From the IMG/VR virus record IMGVR_UViG_3300029288_000072, positions 32,001 through 96,000 of that record: 64,000 bases of DNA. The stretch is one strand, 5' to 3'. The stretch's first letter is position 1, and every line of letters begins with the position of its first letter. This document shows, piece by piece, positions 18,869 to 29,300 of this stretch. The DNA is from a virus (taxonomy: Duplodnaviria > Caudoviricetes). Under the pieces are notes generated by a model. It saw only the letters and a list, made by a program, of their open reading frames with translations, was not told the DNA's origin and ran no database searches. A program made the position numbers and the translations under genes.

Positions 18869-20675
18869 GTGGGGTTAAACAAGAAAGGAATTACCATGAT
18901 TAATTCCATTAAATCTAGCCTCGGTAAAGTAACTAATCAGTTTCTAAAAGATAGAAACTTATTTGAAGAAAAGAATATAAAATACATTTCAAGAATAATT
19001 GATGATTGGATATCGCATCATGTATATGTTACTACATTTAAAAAACAAATACATATAGAAGAATTAAATGATTGGAAACTTGATTGTGAGTCTCCTATGG
19101 CATATAATTTATACCATAAAAACAAATTAGTTTCTAGATTAAAATTTGAGTTTGTTTTTAATACAAAAACAATGCTTCTTTTAACGCATGTATCTGATAT
19201 AAAAGGATTTACGTCGAAATTTGAAAAGGAATTAATATGAAAAAAATACCTATTAAAGCTGCAAAAGAAATATCAAAAGAATATAATCAAGATCAAGTTA
19301 TTCTTTTAACATTCGATAAAAAGACTGGCCTAACTCATGTAGTAACATATGGTAAAACAAAAGAAGATTGTATCCAGGCTGCACAGGGAGGAAACTTAAT
19401 AAAAGAAAAGATTTTAAAATGGCCAGCAGATAAATGTACTGCAGTTCCTTCCCGTTCAGAATGGAAATGGGAAAAGACAGATCAGAAACTACAATTTTCA
19501 GATGCTAAATCAGAAGATATTGTTTGGGTTTGTTTTGACGATGAAGAAAATGGATATCATGAAGGATTCGCCAGATTAATAGAAGGATCAGATTGTTTTT
19601 ACTTTGATCCTCCTATACAAAAAGATTGTCCAAGAGTATTATATTATGCTGGTAGTGCGGACTGGACAAAAACATCCAGTTGGGTAGAAGTCTATAAATG
19701 TAAGGAAATAAAATGAAAAATTCAATTAAAGACATAATAAATGTATATAATAAACAATTAGAAGAAGTTAAATTTATTCTTTATTTATTGAATTGGATTA
19801 ATCATTGTCCAAATGTTTTAAAACATTTTGTTTCGGATAAAATAAAAAATAATGCTAAAAGAATAGGTGAAATGTATTATGATAAAAATAACAAAGAAGA
19901 ATTTCATAATATTTGTTTAATTATAGAAAGTGGAGTTTTCAATACAAAGAATATCACAATTAAATCAAACGGAATACATAATTATATTGACTACAAAGAA
20001 AAAGGTGATAAAATAGCTACTAAGAAAGATATTATAAAGTTCATAAAAACATATAAGGATATTAAAAAGATATGAAATTATTTTTGTTAATTATATTAAT
20101 GTTATTAAGTTTTTGTTCTGCTAGATTTCTTCCAACAGAAGAAACTAATATGGTTAACAATGACCAAGAATGTATACAGGAAGGATTTACAATATTTAAA
20201 CTTGATTTTTGATTATGTTATATAAAAAAGATAGTATAAACAAAATAATAATTAAAAAAGATACAATAAAAAAGCCAATAGACATTAAACTGGAATGTCC
20301 TATTTGTAAATCAGTAAATAATTGTAAAGATAGAGAAATAGAATTACCTGGATGGATTCACGAAAAAAGGATATTCTGGATATTTTCATGATAAATTTTA
20401 AAGAAGTGAAATATCTTTCAAATACAAATGATAATATTTTTTTATTGATGTTTAATTTGGATGTTGATATTCTTGTATCTTATACAGAAGATAATAGTAT
20501 TGATATATTTGAAAAAACGTATAAGAAAGGAATGCCGATAGTATTAAAGAATACTAAAGATTTATTGCTGTCTGCATGGAAATTATATACAATGTTTAAT
20601 GATTATGTTCCTAAGAAAAATGAATATTTTGATTTAAAATCATTAAATCTAAAGGAGGTTAAAAATGAAAATTAG
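18869..20675 (+). other. run of hypothetical CDSs (18869-19240, 19237-19716, 19713-20075, 20209-20391, 20388-20675)
   Basis: Mostly coupled ORFs downstream of promoter 18843-18870. Confidence 0.65.
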
Positions 20676-21015
20676 GACAGATTTTGTAACGAACTCAAGT
20701 TCAAGTTCTTTCATTATAATGAAAACATTTCCAAATGATGAAAAGGGAAAAGCATTTGAAGAAATATGGAATAAAATGATTGATTCTTGGTCATTGCGAT
20801 CACATGAGGATTTTGACGCAGAACCAATAACAACAGTTGAAGAATTAAAGTCTCGTTTATTTTCTGAATATCACGATGAAATTAAGGATATTGCTCCATA
20901 TATATTTTCAAATCAAATAATTTATATTCATTGTGATAATCATTCATTAATTAGAACAATTATAAACTCATTTATTAAAGCAGATTTAATAAAATCTCTA
21001 TGGAGTGACGAATGA
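20665..21015 (+). CDS. hypothetical protein with MKIRTDFVTNSSSSSF N-terminus
   Basis: AAGGAGG RBS; N-terminal motif. Confidence 0.8.
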   Translation: MKIRTDFVTNSSSSSFIIMKTFPNDEKGKAFEEIWNKMIDSWSLRSHEDFDAEPITTVEELKSRLFSEYHDEIKDIAPYIFSNQIIYIHCDNHSLIRTIINSFIKADLIKSLWSDE

Positions 21016-21305
21016 AAATCAGAACAGATTTCGTAACTAACTCAAGTTCAAGTTCATTTGTAATATTTAGGAAAGATATAACTCCTATTCAATTAGAAAT
21101 GTTATTAAATTATATACATATAATTAAAACCTTTGGTGATAAGATACCGAATTTAGAATATCCTGATACTCATGATTCTTGGGAAATAGATGTAAATGAT
21201 GAAAAAGTCACAGGATTTACATGTATGGATAATTGGGGATTTGATAGTTTTCTAGAATATATAGGATTAGACATGGAAAAGGTTAAATACGAAAACGATG
21301 GCTAA
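21012..21305 (+). CDS. second MKIRTDFVTNSSSSSF-motif protein
   Basis: Identical 16-aa N-terminus, unrelated remainder. Confidence 0.8.
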   Translation: MKIRTDFVTNSSSSSFVIFRKDITPIQLEMLLNYIHIIKTFGDKIPNLEYPDTHDSWEIDVNDEKVTGFTCMDNWGFDSFLEYIGLDMEKVKYENDG

Positions 21306-21728
21306 ATTACGGTTTCAAATAGGGAAAACCTATATGTTTAAACGAGGTTATCTTGTTGGCGAGGATTCTTCTTCTAAAGAGTTAACAGATTGTTTATGGA
21401 TTAATAATCCATCTGAAATACTATATTTCGTTGATAATAAAGGGACGCGATGTAGTACAAAATTATATATTATATCAACAAAAAATTTTATAGCTAGAGC
21501 ATTTTAAATATATGCATTAAATAAAGAATTGTTTTAAATATTATGTTAAAATTTAATTATACATATGATAATAGATTAAATAGTTATATTTGTACTATAA
21601 CAGCAGTAGATAATATAAAAATTAAATATAAATACAAAAATAAATATTTAGAGGCAGATTCAATAACACTAAATAACAATATTTTTTCTAATCTTTTTGA
21701 AATTTGGTATTTAAATTTAAACAATTAA
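21298..21728 (+). other. two small hypothetical CDSs (21298-21507, 21543-21728)
   Basis: ORF track. Confidence 0.5.
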
Positions 21729-21764
21729 TTATAAATAATAATTATAACCATACTGGAGAACTGC

Positions 21765-23033
21765 ATGGAAATTCGCCATCGGCTTCAAAAAATATTCTAT
21801 GAACATGTAGAATTAAGTGAAGAAGAACGTTTTTCTACTGCAATACAGAAAGAATTAGAAGAAGAATATAACAATTTGCTATCATCTACTCCAAAAACGG
21901 ATCAAAATACACCAGAACAGGAATTGGAAGCATTTACAGACACATTAAAAGAATTGGCTATTTCTCCATTAGATAAAGAAACAGTTCCCGTCATAATTAA
22001 TATGACTATTAGTAAAGCTAAAGAAGGACTGTCAACAGAACATATTTTAAAATTTTTAAAAACAAAGTTTAAGATAGATGCAGAACTTGAAGGACAACTT
22101 TCTACTATTTTGAAGAAATTGACTGATGTAAATCCGTTAGTAGAAGAAGCACAACAAATGGTACAGGATATATTACCAAAATTAGTATTAGTATTTAAAC
22201 CATCATGTGGTATGAACAGTCCGGAATTTGTAGATCGTTCCAAAGATCATTTAATGAAATATATTGATCGTATTAATGGAAAAAAAGTAGAAATAAATCA
22301 AGCATTGAAAGAAATGAAAGCATTATTTACCTTAGATTCTGATTTAGAAAAGCAAGTAGAGTCTATTTTTCAGAAGTCTATAACACCTATAGTCGAAACA
22401 CAAAATCCACCACAATCATCTCCTAGTACAAATGATGCTCCTGCAACAACAGGATCACCATCTACAAATGATTCAGAAATTCCAACAGAAACTCCTATGG
22501 AAGAAGAAAATGGTAAAGCTGGATTTTATGTGGAATATAGAAATCTTTTTGAAGATGTTGATAATATTGCAGAAAGAATAGTTGAAAAAGAAGGTCTAAA
22601 AGAAGAAAATAATGATGCGTTTGGATATACACATTTAAGAGAAACAATCGCAGAGGCATCTTCGGTCGCAATGAGATATGGTGCTAATAAATATCCTAAA
22701 ACTGTATGCCTAGAAGATATAGAAAAAATAATTAATGAAGAATTTAATATAAAAGATCAAGAATTAGTAGAAGAATTAAAAAATACAATAAGACATGCAT
22801 ATGAAATCGGCGAAAATTATTCACAAGATTTTTTAAAGAATTCAGACCTTCATAATGAATGTAAATCAATAGATATGACAATTTCTATGAATGAAATTGT
22901 CGATATATTTGCAGAAAAAGAGAATGAAGAAGAACTTGTTGAAATAGAAAAGGTTGATGATATAATAGAAGAACCAATAACAGAAAAAGATGCATATAGA
23001 GAAAAATTAAATCGTCTTTTTTCTGATGACTGA
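21765..23033 (+). CDS. acidic helical protein, possibly late/virion-assembly
   Basis: Glu-rich with P/S/T linker; TATAAATA at 21730-21737 and GGAG RBS. Confidence 0.6.
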   Translation: MEIRHRLQKIFYEHVELSEEERFSTAIQKELEEEYNNLLSSTPKTDQNTPEQELEAFTDTLKELAISPLDKETVPVIINMTISKAKEGLSTEHILKFLKTKFKIDAELEGQLSTILKKLTDVNPLVEEAQQMVQDILPKLVLVFKPSCGMNSPEFVDRSKDHLMKYIDRINGKKVEINQALKEMKALFTLDSDLEKQVESIFQKSITPIVETQNPPQSSPSTNDAPATTGSPSTNDSEIPTETPMEEENGKAGFYVEYRNLFEDVDNIAERIVEKEGLKEENNDAFGYTHLRETIAEASSVAMRYGANKYPKTVCLEDIEKIINEEFNIKDQELVEELKNTIRHAYEIGENYSQDFLKNSDLHNECKSIDMTISMNEIVDIFAEKENEEELVEIEKVDDIIEEPITEKDAYREKLNRLFSDD

Positions 23034-23044
23034 AAGGTTCTTAA

Positions 23045-23350
23045 ATGCAACAATTAAAATTAGATAATATAAAATTAAATGTGGAACCACATTCTGCATC
23101 AAAGGATTTTTGTATTTTAACTTTAAAAACGTCCATAAATGGAATGGAATATTCGGAATCAATATCAGTATATTCTAAGTTTATATTTGATAATATGGAT
23201 TCAAATAGTCAATCAAATGCTTTAGATGAAATAGTTTCTAAATTATCGTATGATTTAGTTTCTAAAGCATATTTGTCACTAGATAAAAGAGTTAAATCAT
23301 CTTGTGATATGAAAAAAGTTTTAGAGTCTATGAAATCATTATTATCTTGA
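23045..23350 (+). CDS. hypothetical protein
   Basis: ORF track. Confidence 0.65.
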   Translation: MQQLKLDNIKLNVEPHSASKDFCILTLKTSINGMEYSESISVYSKFIFDNMDSNSQSNALDEIVSKLSYDLVSKAYLSLDKRVKSSCDMKKVLESMKSLLS

Positions 23351-23420
23351 CTCTATTTGTTGTTCTGGTATAATAGTTAAATCAACGCAAGCCATATCTT
23401 ATTATAAAAAGGAGAAAATC

Positions 23421-23609
23421 ATGGCATCAGTTCGTTATTTTGTAAAGAGCAATACTCACAAGTCTTATATTGCTCGTCGCACACGTACCAGTCCTACAGG
23501 TCGTCGTTATGCATGGACTAGCAATCGTTCAAATGTAGTATATTTTACTAATCGTAATGCTGCATACAACGTTGCCCGTCGTTATGGTGGTCGTATCGTA
23601 ACTGCTTGA
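23421..23609 (+). CDS. small Arg-rich basic protein (62 aa)
   Basis: Own promoter 23347-23374, AAGGAG RBS, no Asp/Glu, CGT-biased Arg codons. Confidence 0.85.
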   Translation: MASVRYFVKSNTHKSYIARRTRTSPTGRRYAWTSNRSNVVYFTNRNAAYNVARRYGGRIVTA

Positions 23610-23622
23610 TACAATCATAAGT

Positions 23623-23662
23623 ATAGAATCGCCATAGGTTTATATGCCTATGGCGATTCTAT
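23623..23662. terminator. perfect 16-bp hairpin between convergent genes
   Basis: ATAGAATCGCCATAGG-8 nt loop-CCTATGGCGATTCTAT. Confidence 0.75.
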
Positions 23663-24901
23663 TTGACATTTAAAATAATGTCTTATTATTTTATAAATTC
23701 CCGCATATGAATAACCCAATTCTATTGATATTTCTTTTATAGTTAAACCATTTTTATAAAGTATAATACTTTGTTCTTTTATATTTTTTGCTTTTTCGTA
23801 TCTCAATACATAATTTAAATCAATTTTATCCCATTTTCTTAATAATAGAGGAATATTTAATGTTAATGCTTTTTCTTTAAGTTTTGTTATTAATAACATT
23901 TTTGTAAAATTTAAAGTTGCATATCCGCTATTATTTATTTTTGTTAGTTTATTGGAAGATTCTTTTAAAATAATGTTATAAATTTTATTTTCTATAAATT
24001 TTAAATTTTCGATCCAAGATGAATGACATTTTATTGTAATTATATTTGATTTTCTTCCGCTTTGAAATTTAATACATCCATCACCATCTATAAATCCACA
24101 TATTAAACTAATCCACTGATCATCAGTAAGGTTATAATTGTTAAATATTGGAGGATTATATGTTTTTGTATTACTTATTTCATATTTTTGTACTACTTCT
24201 GGAATAATATCTTTATTCTGACAGGACAACACAGATTTGTGTTCATAGTTAATAACTTTTGTATTTAAAACACCAGAAATTTTTATTAAATGGTCTTTAT
24301 CTTTTTCTGATACAGTTATACTCAATCTACTATTTTTTATGTCAATATGCCCATCTGCTAAAATAAATCCAATTATATACATAATATCATTAGTTTCTTT
24401 TAATAAACATTCTAAATTACTTTTTCTAAAAAATTTATATGATCTTTTAAATTTTTTGTTTGATGATTTTTTATATAGATTATGTGCTTTTAAAACAATA
24501 GCATCCCATGATCGGTTTAAAGTATTTAAAATAAATTTTTTATCTTCATTTTTATAATTTTCTTTTAAAAATATAATTTCTTCTGGTGTCCATGGTTTAT
24601 TTTTTCTAATTAATTTTAGTAAATTTGCTTTTTGTAAAATACTTGTATATTTTCTATTAGGTAATAGCTTTTCTAATTCCTTTTTTGGTTTATAAAAATT
24701 TTCTTTTAATAATAAAATTTCTTCTTTTGTCCATTCATTATGGTGTTTTCTTTTTATTCTACATTTTATTTTTAGTTTTTTCTTTTTTGATATTATACTT
24801 TTTAATGATCTTTTTGGAAACAATTTAATAAGATAATTTTTATCAATTATACTTGGCAATGATTTTAAATTATTAAGTTCATATTCAGACCATGGTTCCA
24901 T
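23648..24901 (-). CDS. free-standing LAGLIDADG homing endonuclease with N-terminal W-x-x-E-E-x-x-x-L helical repeats
   Basis: YIIGFILADGHI and LICGFIDGDGCI; C-terminal HTH; TATAAATA at 24922-24929 and GGAGA RBS. Confidence 0.88.
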   Translation of the reverse strand: MEPWSEYELNNLKSLPSIIDKNYLIKLFPKRSLKSIISKKKKLKIKCRIKRKHHNEWTKEEILLLKENFYKPKKELEKLLPNRKYTSILQKANLLKLIRKNKPWTPEEIIFLKENYKNEDKKFILNTLNRSWDAIVLKAHNLYKKSSNKKFKRSYKFFRKSNLECLLKETNDIMYIIGFILADGHIDIKNSRLSITVSEKDKDHLIKISGVLNTKVINYEHKSVLSCQNKDIIPEVVQKYEISNTKTYNPPIFNNYNLTDDQWISLICGFIDGDGCIKFQSGRKSNIITIKCHSSWIENLKFIENKIYNIILKESSNKLTKINNSGYATLNFTKMLLITKLKEKALTLNIPLLLRKWDKIDLNYVLRYEKAKNIKEQSIILYKNGLTIKEISIELGYSYAGIYKIIRHYFKCQIESP

Positions 24902-25011
24902 ATTATTTTATCTCCAAATAGTATTTATATCATGTGTATCAAAAAATAAATATTGACATATATTTTTACTATGATATAATGTTAAAACAACCAGCAAATA
25001 AAGGAAAAACG

Positions 25012-25619
25012 ATGAAGATATTCTTCACATCGGATATTCATTTTTTATCCATTTTGGGCATAAAAATATTATAAAGTATTGTAATCGACCATTCAAATCT
25101 GTTGATGAAATGAATGAGACTATAATTTATAATTGGAATAATACAGTGACATTAGACGATACTATATATTGTTTAGGAGATTTTGGGTTTGGTCCCGTCA
25201 ATAATTTATTACCATTATTTAATAGACTCAATGGCAAAAAAATATTAATTCGCGGAAATCATGATAAAAAAGATGTAATAAAATTACCATGGGATTCTAT
25301 TCATGATATTCTTGAAGTAAAATATCAAAATATAACATATAACCTATGTCATTATCCTGATTATCATATGAGGACATGTAGTAAGTCTTCTTATGACACT
25401 AGATATCTTTTTGGTCATTGTCACGGTGCATTAACTCCACATAATTGTTCTTGTGATGTTGGTATGGATTGTTGGGGGTTTACTCCAGTTTCTATATTAC
25501 AACTTGATAAGCTTTTTGAAAACCTTCCTAAAAACATAAATGAAACAATATTAGAAACTAATACCATATGGAATGCTATCCAATTTATGGATAAAATAGA
25601 TCAAAATACAATAATATAA
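25012..25619 (+). CDS. calcineurin-like metallophosphoesterase, frameshifted near codon 12
   Basis: MKIFFTSDIHF in frame 0, then HFGHKNII...LGDFG...GNHD...FGHCH in the -1 frame. Confidence 0.8.
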
Positions 25620-25693
25620 AATTAATAAAATATTTGAAAGTTATATTTTTAATGATATAATCATATTTAATAACCACTCATTAAAGGAAATAA

Positions 25694-26236
25694 ATGCCTA
25701 AGAATACATTAATAGTGAATCTTTTTGCTGGACCTGGAGCAGGAAAATCAACGGTTGCAGCAGGAGTGTTTGAAGGATTAAAAGAACAAAACATAGATTG
25801 TGAATTAATCACTGAATATGCAAAACAAGCTACATGGGAAGAAAATAAACTTGCGTTAAAAGATCAGTTTTATACTTCTGCGAATCAATATCATAGAGAA
25901 TTTATCGTTTATGGTAAAGTTGATGTTATCGTAACAGATTCTCCTATTTTAATAGGACTTATGTATTTTTCAGATCCAAATGAACGTAAGTTTTTTGCAT
26001 TAAGAAAATATCTATTAGAATGCTTTACTGAACGAAAGAATTTAAATATATTTCTTGACAGAGTAAAGACATATAATCCAAATGGAAGAAACCAAACAGA
26101 ACAAGAATCTTCTCAAATAGATTTAAAAATAAATACGTTTTTAAATGAAAATAAAATACCATATATTAATGTTCCTGGAAATCAAATTGGAAAAACCAAA
26201 ATTCTTGAAGAAATTTTAAAATCAATTAAAGGTTAA
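25694..26236 (+). CDS. P-loop ATPase/kinase (NadR-like AAA_28)
   Basis: AGPGAGKST, VTDSP, YNPNGRNQTEQE. Confidence 0.8.
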   Translation: MPKNTLIVNLFAGPGAGKSTVAAGVFEGLKEQNIDCELITEYAKQATWEENKLALKDQFYTSANQYHREFIVYGKVDVIVTDSPILIGLMYFSDPNERKFFALRKYLLECFTERKNLNIFLDRVKTYNPNGRNQTEQESSQIDLKINTFLNENKIPYINVPGNQIGKTKILEEILKSIKG

Positions 26237-26239
26237 TAT

Positions 26240-26458
26240 ATGCAATTTAAACCATGGATCGAAATGATGTGTAATATCGCATTTTTATTATTTTTGGTTA
26301 TTGCCATAACATATTTAAATATTTGGATGTTTGTATTTGGTATAATATTATTAGTCATATTATTTGTAATAATTTCGTTTTTCACGACACGAAATAATCC
26401 TATAGAAATAAAAGACAATGATCCAGAATTAGTATGGCAAAGGAATCAGAAAAAATGA
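26240..26458 (+). CDS. small membrane protein
   Basis: Two hydrophobic helices. Confidence 0.6.
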   Translation: MQFKPWIEMMCNIAFLLFLVIAITYLNIWMFVFGIILLVILFVIISFFTTRNNPIEIKDNDPELVWQRNQKK

Positions 26459-26964
26459 GTTGGGATTATCGTATAGCTAGACAAATATGTGATAAAGGAA
26501 AAAAGTATGAGAGTTTTTCATATTTTATTGTAGAAGCATATTATGACGAAAATAATAAAGTTTTTATGATTTCTGATCAAGCACAATCTCCATATGGAGA
26601 AAATATTTGTGAATTAATGGAAAATTGGGTTATGTTTGCTGATGCGTTCAATAAACCAATTTTAGATTATGATAATATTCCAGAACCAGGAGCAAAAAAT
26701 ATAATTGAGAACGAATTAAATGATTTAAAAGATGATTTAAAAAATAACGCAATTGAATACTTAGAAAAAGAAGGAAAAATATCAAGATTTTTAATAGAAG
26801 ATTTAATTACAGAAGAAGAGTATGAACAATATAAAAAAGATGAGGATGACAAAAGAAAAGAATCTGAAATGAAATATTATGTTGACAATGTAGGAACAAA
26901 TATAATAGATGTAATTAAGAAAATTATTGTTAAATATTTTACACCAAAAAAGGAAAACAAATGA
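26434..26964 (+). CDS. hypothetical protein (WxYR N-terminal motif)
   Basis: MSWDYRI...IVEAYYDE...DAFNKPIL. Confidence 0.65.
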   Translation: MAKESEKMSWDYRIARQICDKGKKYESFSYFIVEAYYDENNKVFMISDQAQSPYGENICELMENWVMFADAFNKPILDYDNIPEPGAKNIIENELNDLKDDLKNNAIEYLEKEGKISRFLIEDLITEEEYEQYKKDEDDKRKESEMKYYVDNVGTNIIDVIKKIIVKYFTPKKENK

Positions 26965-27755
26965 TACACCCAACATTGGGAGATAGAATGAAACGTTATG
27001 AAGAAGTTTTTAATACTTCTTTAATGCGTAGAACACCAGTCATTATTAGATTGGACGGAAAAGCATTTCATACATATACAAGAGATAGAAAGAAACCAGT
27101 AGATGAAAATTTATCTTTGGCTATGCAATTTGCAACTCAATATCTTGTTAAAAATATTCAGGGGTGTAAATTTGGGTACACACAATCAGATGAAATTAGT
27201 TTATTATTGACTGATTATGATACATTAGAAACTGATGCATGGTTCGATAATACTATTCAGAAAATAGTTAGTATATCCGCATCATATTGTACATTGATTT
27301 TTAATAGACAATTACATTCACTAGATATGTTGAAAGCATCATATGATCCCAAAATACAAATAAAACCACCTAAAGATGCATATTTTGATTCTAGAGCATT
27401 TAATCTTCCTAGAGAAGAAGTATGTAATTATTTTATTTGGAGACAACAAGATTGTAGAAAAAATGCTATATCTATGGCAGCACAAGCAAATTTCTCTCAT
27501 AAACAGTTGCATAAAATGAAGTCTGGTGATAAAATCGCAATGTTATCAACAGTAGGAATTGATTTTGAAACAGTATATCCGAAATCATTTCGGTATGGAG
27601 CAGTATATCATCGTAAACTAGATGATTATGGTATGCATGTTCGATTTCATACTGATTGTGATATTGAAATACCAGACTTTAAAGAAGATAGAGAATATAT
27701 TAACCGATTTGTTTATTCAGAAAGTGAAACAGATGCAAAACAAGAGAATATTTGA
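26961..27755 (+). CDS. thg1: tRNA(His) guanylyltransferase Thg1-like protein
   Basis: RMKRYE, IIRLDGKAFH, YTQSDEIS, FDSRAF, YFIWRQQD..KNAI. Confidence 0.95.
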   Translation: MIHPTLGDRMKRYEEVFNTSLMRRTPVIIRLDGKAFHTYTRDRKKPVDENLSLAMQFATQYLVKNIQGCKFGYTQSDEISLLLTDYDTLETDAWFDNTIQKIVSISASYCTLIFNRQLHSLDMLKASYDPKIQIKPPKDAYFDSRAFNLPREEVCNYFIWRQQDCRKNAISMAAQANFSHKQLHKMKSGDKIAMLSTVGIDFETVYPKSFRYGAVYHRKLDDYGMHVRFHTDCDIEIPDFKEDREYINRFVYSESETDAKQENI

Positions 27756-27916
27756 AATAGATTACTATTATCTATTACAATTTAATAATCTTAAAACATT
27801 GCTTGTTGAATCTGAAAGCAGAACCCAGGCAGAAGATTATTGTAGAAAATTGGAATATCCAAATAAAATAAACATAAAACATATCAAATACCATTGGGCA
27901 AAATAGAAAGGAAAAC

Positions 27917-28025
27917 ATGTTTAAATACATCAAGTTACTCAAAAAAGAATTTTTATCTTCAAGAAATAGAAATAAGATATTATCTTATGATTTTAATCAA
28001 ACACAAGAAGAAATTGACAATTCAT
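27917..28025 (+). pseudogene. 5' fragment of Pth2-like gene interrupted by TnpB element
   Basis: AAAGGA RBS; 36 codons ending at the TTCAT TAM; joins 29338 in frame. Confidence 0.75.
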
Positions 28026-28164
28026 CTGTTCTGTGGCAAGGAAACCCACTACCTTTAGGTGGTGGGAGGAATTACCACATCCTCCTTTCTTAATAGTGTA
28101 TCACTCAACATTATACAACATATTGTATAATATAAAAATAGTTTGTCAAATCTTATTTTCCGGA

Positions 28165-28172
28165 TATAAATA
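28165..28172 (+). promoter_or_regulatory. T4-type late promoter TATAAATA for tnpB
   Basis: 30 nt upstream of ATG28203. Confidence 0.55.
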
Positions 28173-28202
28173 ACTATGTATTGAAGAAATAATGAGGCTA
28201 TA

Positions 28203-29300
28203 ATGAAACTAGCAACGAGAGTAAAACTACTAGCAAACAAAAGTGAGAAAGAACAACTCACTCAAGTTATGATTGCTACTAATAGAGCCTCTAATTGGGT
28301 TGCTGAAGTTGCATTTAATAATAAAACTTTTGGTCAAGTTCAACTTCACAAACTCGTATATTACGAAATTAAGCAAAGGTTTAATCTTTCTTCTCAACTT
28401 GCTGTAAGATCAATAGGTAGAGTCGTAGATGTATATAAAAATAAAAAACAAAGAAGTAAAGTTATAAAATTTGATGAAATGAGTGCAATTGATTATGATA
28501 CTCGCAATCTTTCAATTAAAAAAGATAGTGAAATTTCCATAACAACTCTTGGAAAAAGAATTAAGTTACAATATAGAAGTCGTAAGCCATTGGAAACTTA
28601 TGAATTATGCACCCAAAGTGAATTGAGTTATGATAAAGCAAAGGGGAAGTTTTATGTTAACTTCTTCCGCATTGAAAACGAAAAAGCAAATGATGAAGTA
28701 AAAGATTTCCTCGGTGTAGATTTAGGTATAGTGAATCTTGCTACTTGTAGTGATGGTGAAGTGGTAAGTGGTGAACGAGTAGAAAGTTATAGAAAGAAAA
28801 TAACTTTACATAAAAGTAATTTACAAAGTAAAGGTAGTAGAAGTGCAAAGCGTAGATTAAAGAAAATAAGTAAAAAAGAAGCAAGATTCAAGAAAGATAC
28901 GAACCATTGTATAAGTAAGCGTTTAGTTCAAAAAGCAAAGACACTTGGAGTTGGAATCAAATTAGAAGATCTAAACTTCAAGAAACAAGTTCCGCAAAAA
29001 GGTTGGACTAAAGAATGGAAAGATAATAATGCAAGAAAGGGTAAGTGGGCATTTGGTCAATTAAGAAAATTTATTGACTACAAGGCTAAACTTATCGGTG
29101 TTCCAGTGTTATATATTAATCCTGCTTATACGAGTCAAATGTGTAGCAAGTGTGGTCATACTCACGAAGAAAATAGATTAACTCAAAGTGAGTTTAAATG
29201 TATTTCTTGTGGATATAGTGAAAATGCTGATTACAATGCTGCTATTAATATTTCAAGGGCTGAAATCAACCAGCCTATTGTAGCGACTCGCAAGAGTTAG
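28203..29300 (+). CDS. tnpB: RNA-guided endonuclease TnpB
   Basis: Intact RuvC D/E/D and Zn finger; paralog of 8344-9441. Confidence 0.95.
   Translation: MKLATRVKLLANKSEKEQLTQVMIATNRASNWVAEVAFNNKTFGQVQLHKLVYYEIKQRFNLSSQLAVRSIGRVVDVYKNKKQRSKVIKFDEMSAIDYDTRNLSIKKDSEISITTLGKRIKLQYRSRKPLETYELCTQSELSYDKAKGKFYVNFFRIENEKANDEVKDFLGVDLGIVNLATCSDGEVVSGERVESYRKKITLHKSNLQSKGSRSAKRRLKKISKKEARFKKDTNHCISKRLVQKAKTLGVGIKLEDLNFKKQVPQKGWTKEWKDNNARKGKWAFGQLRKFIDYKAKLIGVPVLYINPAYTSQMCSKCGHTHEENRLTQSEFKCISCGYSENADYNAAINISRAEINQPIVATRKS

Noticed and set aside
5880-19240. Similar C-termini (NENMLGEL, NEDILKELI, FEKELI) as a shared clamp-binding or degradation tag
   Set aside because: Too short, and partly explained by the next gene's AGGA/GGA Shine-Dalgarno overlapping the last codons.
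28026-28202. IStron (group I intron fused to IS)
   Set aside because: Only about 180 nt lie between the left end and tnpB, occupied by the hairpin and promoters; no room or motifs for a ribozyme core.
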